From the NCBI GenBank assembly GCA_963713705.1, contig CAVQMY010000006.1, positions 38,433 to 102,432 on the forward strand: a stretch of DNA of 64,000 nucleotides, read 5' to 3'. The DNA is from an uncultured Verrucomicrobiae bacterium (lineage in GTDB: Bacteria > Verrucomicrobiota > Verrucomicrobiia > Palsa-1439). This document shows, piece after piece, positions 58,627-64,000 of the stretch. Both the position numbers and the translations under genes were made by a program. The notes below the pieces were generated by a model. The model had not been told where the DNA came from and did no database searches. It saw only the letters and a list, made by a program, of their open reading frames with translations. How positions within the stretch are numbered: the first letter of the stretch is position 1; each line of letters opens with the position of its first letter.

Positions 58627-59663
58627 TGCCTGCAAAAACTCCACGGGAACTCGGCTACCGCATGCCCGCCGAGTGGTATCCGCATGCGGCCACGTGGCTC
58701 TGCTGGCCGCGTCCCGACGGGATCAGTTTTCCCGATCGCTATGGAGAAATCCTTCCCACGCTCGCCGAAATGGTTCGCACCCTCGCCGCGCACGAGTTCG
58801 TCCATATTAATGTCCGCAACGACGAGGTCGAAGCCATTGCCCGCCGCACCGTGGGCGAACGCGAGAAGAACGTCTCCTACCACCACATCCCCTCCCACGA
58901 ACCTTGGTGCCGCGATCACGGTCCCATCTTCGTCGTGCGCAACGCGGAGGAAACCGCCATTGTCGACTGGGGCTACAACGCCTGGGGTAACAAGTATCCC
59001 CCCTACGATGACGACGATGCCGTGCCGCAACGCGTCGCCGAGTTGCTCGGCCTCCAGATGTTTAGTCCGGGCATCGTCATGGAAGGCGGTTCCCTCGACG
59101 TCAACGGCGCGGGCTCGCTGCTCACCACCACGTCCTGCCTGCTGAACCCCAATCGCAATCCCGGCCTCAACCAACAGCAGATCGAGCAGTATCTCCGCGA
59201 TTACCTCGGCGTCTCCAACGTCCTCTGGCTCGGCGACGGCATCGCGGGTGATGATACCGATGGCCACATCGACGACCTCGCCCGCTTTGTCGACCCGCAC
59301 ACCGTCGTCACCGTCATCGAGCCCGACACCCACGACGACAATTACTGGCCGTTGCAGGAAAACCTCAAACGCCTCCACGCCATGCGCGATCAGGATGGTC
59401 AACCGTTGCGCGTGGTCGAGTTGCCGATGCCCGGCCTCATCGAGTACGACGGCCAGCGGTTGCCGGCCAGCTACGCCAATTTCTACATCGCCAACCGCGT
59501 CGTCCTCCTGCCCACCTATCGCAACCCGACCACCGACAAGGCCGCCGTCGACACATTACAAAACCTCTTCCCCGACCGACGCGTCGTGGGCATCGACAGC
59601 ACCAACCTGATCTGGGGCCTCGGCTCATTCCACTGCCTCACCCAGCAGCAACCCGCTGTCTAA
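58626..59663 (+). CDS. aguA: agmatine deiminase
   Basis: GYRMPAEWYPHAATWLCWP ... WCRDHGPIFV ... MEGGSLDVNGAGSLLTT ... TDGHIDDLARFV ... ANFYIANRVVLLPTY ... GLGSFHCLTQQQP. Confidence 0.9.
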   Translation: MPAKTPRELGYRMPAEWYPHAATWLCWPRPDGISFPDRYGEILPTLAEMVRTLAAHEFVHINVRNDEVEAIARRTVGEREKNVSYHHIPSHEPWCRDHGPIFVVRNAEETAIVDWGYNAWGNKYPPYDDDDAVPQRVAELLGLQMFSPGIVMEGGSLDVNGAGSLLTTTSCLLNPNRNPGLNQQQIEQYLRDYLGVSNVLWLGDGIAGDDTDGHIDDLARFVDPHTVVTVIEPDTHDDNYWPLQENLKRLHAMRDQDGQPLRVVELPMPGLIEYDGQRLPASYANFYIANRVVLLPTYRNPTTDKAAVDTLQNLFPDRRVVGIDSTNLIWGLGSFHCLTQQQPAV

Positions 59664-59771
59664 GTACGCGCGGAATCCGCATCTTTTTGCCCCTCAACCG
59701 CGTCCCGGCAACGCATTTCCACCCCCGAAGCCGAGTCGGACGAGACACGGCCCCGTCGTATCCGCGGCCGC

Positions 59772-59850
59772 AATTGGGTTCGTTTTTGGCTTCGTTTCCA
59801 TCAATTTTCCACGCCGGCTTGAATAAACTTGGGTTCGTTTGGTAATTTTA
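59772..59850. repeat. ~79-bp repeat, right arm of the inverted pair
   Basis: Reverse complement of 49030-49106, with a perfect 38-bp core at 59803-59840. Further CGAACCCAA copies lie at 59903, 59924 and (reverse) 60008. Confidence 0.85.
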
Positions 59851-60434
59851 CCCTTTCTTGCATGCCCCTCCCCCCCAACCGATCGTTCGCTGGCGACCCA
59901 ACCGAACCCAATGTAACGGGGGACGAACCCAATGAAAATCCGCTTTTTCCGAATCTGTAATCCTCTTTATACCAATCACATCAACACGCATTATTGATCC
60001 AACCTCATTGGGTTCGTTTCGCAAAATCACCCCTTTTTGTCAGGCCCTGCCCCTTACACCAACGCTCGCCGAGCGCCGACCATGGGCCATCCCCCCGCGC
60101 CTGTCCCCTTTTCCCCTCGAACACCGAATGCCGACCGCTGACCGCCCTCTTTCCCCTATGTCAAAGCCAAGTCGCTGGGAGCGGCGCGACGCAACGCCGT
60201 AGGCGGCCCGTCAGGGCGAGCCGAGCGGGCGCGAGCGAGTGCAAAACGGCCATTTCCTCTTATATCAAAGAGCAGTCGCAATCCCTTGACCGGCCCCATC
60301 GCCGACTACGACTTCCCTAATATCACACAACCGATATCATGCACAGATTCTATTGTCAAGTCCGATACTCGCTCGCCGATTCACGGCATGCAAGCGGGCC
60401 GCCCCCTGATACCATCCCACGACTGAAATCCCCT

Positions 60435-60462
60435 GTCATTCTGAGCGGAGCGAAGAATCTCT
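60435..60462. repeat. half copy of the REP-like element seen at 37297
   Basis: GTCATTCTGAGCGGAGCGAAGAATCTCT versus 37297-37324, 27 of 28 identical. I did not find the complementary arm. Confidence 0.7.
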
Positions 60463-60595
60463 GTCGTAGTTGACTCGACGAAACGGTCTACTCGACCCTC
60501 GACGGCAATGCAGGACTGACAGGCGGAAATGTAAAGGGGAACAGGCGGCTGTATTTGGCTCGATTTGCCATGGCCGGACTGCTATTTCTCGGAGC

Positions 60596-61318
60596 ATGGC
60601 TACCCAACCCGGCCCTCCTTCGAGTCCGCCAGCTCAGCGCCTCATCGCAAGACTTTCATGCCTGGGAGTTTTCCTCCTGCTGTTGTTGGCAGGCCAAGGG
60701 TGCGGGAACTACCGGGCCGAAAGAGCGTTCGATAGAGGTGCGGGTGCGATGGACAGGCAGGATTACGACCTCGCGATCGCAGAGTTTAGCAAAGCGATCC
60801 GGCTCAAGCCAGGGAATATGTACGCCCGCGTGGACCGGGGATTGGCCTACGCGGACAAGGGAGACTGGGACAAAGCCATTGCTGATTACAATGAAGCCAT
60901 CCGGCTTGTCCCGAACCGTCCTGGGCTCTATCACATTAGAGGCATCGCCTACAGCCACAAAGGCGAGTACGAAAAGGCCGTCGCAGATTACAATGAAGCC
61001 ATCCGCCTCAAACCGGATTATGCCGCCGCCTATGACACCCTGGCACGGCTACTAGCTGTTTGCCCCGACGCCAATGTTCGGAATGGGAAGAAGGCCGTCG
61101 AGTACGCGAAAAAGGTTTGTGATCTGCCAGAATGGCAAAACATGGGAGGATTCGATACCCTAGCCGCGGCCTATGCCGAGGCCGGGGATTTTGACAACGC
61201 CGTCAAATGGGAGAACAAATATCTGGAGTCCAATCCGCCAAAGGATGACTCGGAGAAGGCTCGCCAGCGGCTCAGCCTCTACGAACAGAAAAAGCCGTAC
61301 CACGAAGAGAAACCGTAA
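60596..61318 (+). CDS. TPR-repeat lipoprotein, paralog 2
   Basis: [41 protein letters not shown] units, and the tail [19 protein letters not shown] ... [20 protein letters not shown] ... [18 protein letters not shown]. Confidence 0.8.
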   Translation: MATQPGPPSSPPAQRLIARLSCLGVFLLLLLAGQGCGNYRAERAFDRGAGAMDRQDYDLAIAEFSKAIRLKPGNMYARVDRGLAYADKGDWDKAIADYNEAIRLVPNRPGLYHIRGIAYSHKGEYEKAVADYNEAIRLKPDYAAAYDTLARLLAVCPDANVRNGKKAVEYAKKVCDLPEWQNMGGFDTLAAAYAEAGDFDNAVKWENKYLESNPPKDDSEKARQRLSLYEQKKPYHEEKP

Positions 61319-62040
61319 TGGCCTCCACACCCCGCCCACCTTCGCGTCCGCCAGCCCGGCGGCCTCTCGCAAGACTGTCATGGCTGGGGATTTTCCTCCT
61401 GTTGCTGTTGGCGGGCCAAGGGTGCGGGAACAAGCAGTCAGACAGAGCCTTTGCAAGAGGCATGGACGCGGGTTGTCGGCATGATTATGACCTCGCCATT
61501 GCTGAGTTCACGGAAGCGATCCGACTCAATCCGAAGAATTCCCCGGCGTATTACCAAAGAGCCAACGCCTACAGACACAAAAACAACTGGGACAGGGCCA
61601 TTGCCGATTACTCAGAAGCGATCCGACTCAAGCCGGATTATGTCAAAGTGTACAATAACCGGGGTATTGCCTACGTCCAGGAAGGTGATTATGCCAGGGC
61701 CATCGCTGATTTCAACGTGGCCATCCGGCTTGGCCGGACAAACGCCGTGGCCTACAACAACCTTGCCCGACTACTGGCCGTTTGCCCCGACGCTAACTTT
61801 CGGAACGGAAAGAAAGCCGTTGAGATCGCAACGGGGGCCTGTGTCCTGTCAGAATGGAAAACTCCGGATTGGATCGATACGCTGGCGGCGGCCTGCGCCG
61901 AGGCTGGCGACTTTGACAATGCCGTGAAATGGGAGAACAAATACCTGGAGTCCAATCCGTCCAAGGATGACTTGGAGAAAGCCCGTCAACGGCTCAGTCT
62001 CTACGAACAGAAGAAGCCGTACCATGAAGAGAAACCGTGA
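61318..62040 (+). CDS. TPR-repeat lipoprotein, paralog 3
   Basis: Same architecture. The start overlaps the paralog 2 stop (TAATG). Confidence 0.8.
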   Translation: MASTPRPPSRPPARRPLARLSWLGIFLLLLLAGQGCGNKQSDRAFARGMDAGCRHDYDLAIAEFTEAIRLNPKNSPAYYQRANAYRHKNNWDRAIADYSEAIRLKPDYVKVYNNRGIAYVQEGDYARAIADFNVAIRLGRTNAVAYNNLARLLAVCPDANFRNGKKAVEIATGACVLSEWKTPDWIDTLAAACAEAGDFDNAVKWENKYLESNPSKDDLEKARQRLSLYEQKKPYHEEKP

Positions 62041-62267
62041 CGTTTTCATCCGTCTCCCGATTGACAGAGCCCGCAAATGGACGGACATTGTCCTGGCAGT
62101 GTAGGGATGGACGTTCTCTCGCTTCGACATCCCCTGTCGAAGCACCTACACATTGGGGGGATGACCGGAGGCTACACTGCCAAAACAATCTCAACGGCGG
62201 ATCGGGATGATTTTTTGCTTCCCTTGGTTGCCATTGAGGCGCATACTTTACCGGCAGAGGTCAGGCG

Positions 62268-62651
62268 ATGCCCGACATTTTCTTCAAATGCGGGTCATGC
62301 GGGAACCATCTCGTTGCCGATGAAGCAGGGGCTGGGTTGATAATCGACTGTCCCGACTGTAGCACCCCCACCACGATCCCCGAACTATCAACGCTCGTAA
62401 AATGTCCTCGATGTCGGTACCACCTGAAGTTTTCTGCTGAGATCAAGGGAGAGTTGGTGGATTGTCCGGCCTGTCATCTGGAGTTTCGTCTACCGGGACA
62501 ACACTATCCGAAAACCTGTCCCAAATGCGGAGTGGGTTGGGATCCGCCATTGCACCGTTGCCAACACTGTTCCTACAGCCTGGACGCCCCTGTAATACCG
62601 ATGCCCATCCCGACGGACCGCCCTGCGCACGGTCTTCGGGCAACTCCATGA
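62268..62651 (+). CDS. triple zinc-ribbon protein (unknown function)
   Basis: Six CxxC pairs form three ribbons (CGSC..CPDC; CPRC..CPAC; CPKC..CQHC). A GAGGT Shine-Dalgarno-like sequence lies upstream. Confidence 0.6.
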   Translation: MPDIFFKCGSCGNHLVADEAGAGLIIDCPDCSTPTTIPELSTLVKCPRCRYHLKFSAEIKGELVDCPACHLEFRLPGQHYPKTCPKCGVGWDPPLHRCQHCSYSLDAPVIPMPIPTDRPAHGLRATP

Positions 62652-62989
62652 TAGAAAGCCGAAGCCCAGCCCCACCATGAAGAGAAGCCGTGAGGTCTTA
62701 TCCGCAGGCACATGGCCTTGGCGGCGGGGGACCGGGGGGCGTGTTCAGCAAGATCAGGTGACGAGATACGGCGGCTAATCTGACGGGGGAAACGATGGCG
62801 AGTCGAGGACCAAACGGCAATTGCTCTTTCCCTCAGTTCCCACTCGCCTTCAACTCTCGCACGGCAACGCAAGCCTTGATGCAGGAAATGCAAGGGCTGG
62901 CAGGGCGTTGGCCCTAAAGGGGCCGCGAACAATCTTGAGTTTAAGAAGATACTTTGCGAATTCATTAGGGTTACTCTGAAATAAGGCCT

Positions 62990-63415
62990 ATGGTCACGCT
63001 GGTCTCAGCGAGCTGCTTCACTCCGACCAAGACGCAGAGCGACACGGCACAGCAAGGCAGCCAATCGCAACATCGACCGTCGCTACTGCGGGGGGGCATG
63101 GTCATTAAAGCTATCGGCAGGGCAGAGTTTATCCACCGTCTGTCGCTGGACTGCGATCTGGAGCATTTTGTCGGCAAGGAGGTGGAATGGTTTTCCAATA
63201 GGACGGGAAACATTCTTGGCACCATTGCACTGGGAGATAAAGGCAGGGGCTGGAATTACGTCATCTTGAAACGGAATCAACTGGGCAAGTTCCAAGCCTG
63301 TGATGTCGTATGCGACTTTTATAATCACGGGGCGGCAAGGGTTGACTTCATGTTGGCGATGGTGGCGGCTGGGCAGAACCAAAGGGAACAGTTTGCCCGA
63401 ATGGCTTACGATTAA
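62990..63415 (+). CDS. hypothetical protein (start uncertain; alternative ATG at 63098)
   Basis: ORF in a lower-GC stretch, ending 15 nt before Cys-rich member d. I recognise no motif. Confidence 0.35.
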   Translation: MVTLVSASCFTPTKTQSDTAQQGSQSQHRPSLLRGGMVIKAIGRAEFIHRLSLDCDLEHFVGKEVEWFSNRTGNILGTIALGDKGRGWNYVILKRNQLGKFQACDVVCDFYNHGAARVDFMLAMVAAGQNQREQFARMAYD

Positions 63416-63430
63416 AGCGAGCGTAGGAGC

Positions 63431-63775
63431 ATGACCGACAACACCGTCAGCAATCAGAGCCGTCTCCCAGACCCGGAGATATGTCGGACTAAGTATCTGG
63501 GGCAAACTGTCGATTTCTCGGCTTGCTTGGCGGGAAACCCCGACCGTTGCAAGTATGCCGGACCTGTTGGCACTAGCGTCTATTGCCACCATCCTGATCG
63601 GCGGAGCTTCGAGAAGCCCCGAAAACCGATTTCACAGCCATCCCATAGGGTTTTGAAAAAAGCTGGAATGTCTCGTGTAGCCCTGCCACACGGCAGGGAT
63701 GAAAAAGCACAACAAGAACATTCCAGCCGCCGCAAAATTGAACCTCCTGCGGCAGATTTGCAACTTCATTCCTGA
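63431..63775 (+). CDS. small Cys-rich protein, family member d, with aberrant 3' extension
   Basis: [67 protein letters not shown] matches the family through about 63634. The remaining ~47 codons read into the adjacent IS-like sequence. Confidence 0.55.
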   Translation: MTDNTVSNQSRLPDPEICRTKYLGQTVDFSACLAGNPDRCKYAGPVGTSVYCHHPDRRSFEKPRKPISQPSHRVLKKAGMSRVALPHGRDEKAQQEHSSRRKIEPPAADLQLHS

Positions 63776-64000
63776 CTTCCTGGTACCCAAGCTGGCGCGG
63801 GCTACCGGGGTCCAAGACAAAGCCCGCACCTTCAGCCCCTGGAGTCATCTGGTCGCCCTGATGTATGCCCAACTCACTCACAGCATCGGCCTCAACGATG
63901 TCTGCGACGCGCTGGGTTTGCACTCGGGGCCACTGTCCAGTCTGCGTGGGGCCACCCCGCCCAACCGCAATACTCTCTCCCACGCCAACAAGGTGCGCCC
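63699..64000 (+). CDS. IS4-family transposase, N-terminal part (DUF4372-type), truncated by the window end
   Basis: My own translation from the ATG at 63699: MKKHNKNIPAAAKLNLLRQICNFIPDFLVPKLARATGVQDKARTFSPWSHLVALMYAQLTHSIGLNDVCDALGLHSGPLSSLRGATPPNRNTLSHANKVR. The pattern K.R.FS.W.....L.YAQLT...L.D ... R.TLSHAN is typical of IS4/DUF4372 N-termini. Confidence 0.7.
   Translation, partial: MKKHNKNIPAAAKLNLLRQICNFIPDFLVPKLARATGVQDKARTFSPWSHLVALMYAQLTHSIGLNDVCDALGLHSGPLSSLRGATPPNRNTLSHANKVR

Noticed and set aside
59994-60320. 108-aa ORF (and the 64-aa ORF at 60008) in the aguA-TPR spacer
   Set aside because: They start inside CGAACCCAA repeat copies, are Pro/Arg-rich, and have no Shine-Dalgarno sequence. 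They most likely reflect repeat-derived open frames.

Overview
High-GC (roughly 60%) bacterial chromosomal window. A GloVer (Gloeobacter/Verrucomicrobia) repeat protein and a PEP-CTERM protein suggest a Verrucomicrobiota-like host (inference). LEFT THIRD (0-20 kb) is accessory. It holds an AbiEii toxin plus an IS5 fragment, a ClC channel, and a stress-protein cluster (YflT-like, 2x DUF2934, ACT-like, multi-BON, PRC-barrel/HEAT, USP, DUF3300/DUF2950) that shares an 18-bp palindrome. A lower-GC patch follows, with an intact IS5/IS1182-type element and a Ser/Thr-kinase + SIR2-like gene pair. That pair is my top candidate for an undescribed NAD-depleting defence module. Then come codA, an IS630 element and an orphan hicB. 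MIDDLE (20-42 kb) is mostly housekeeping: heptose kinase, a dense two-component cluster (3 hybrid kinases, 2 receivers), glyQS, rpmB, recJ, secDF, yajC, tgt, mocA-like/xdhC. RIGHT THIRD holds a GloVer repeat protein, GNAT, a receiver, three paralogous TPR lipoproteins, a four-member family of ~66-aa Cys-rich proteins, and a PEP-CTERM protein with a heptamer repeat at its 5' end. It also holds ilvB, three tandem GT39/ArnT-like glycosyltransferases, a BFN nuclease and pdaD-aguB-aguA; this block is bracketed by ~77-bp inverted repeats rich in CGAACCCAA. The window ends inside an IS4-family transposase. I recognised no rRNA, tRNA or CRISPR array. At least ten single-base reading-frame breaks hit conserved genes (secDF, ilvB, xdhC and others), so assembly indels are likely and all pseudogene calls are provisional. 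All homology statements rest on my own motif recognition, not on database searches.
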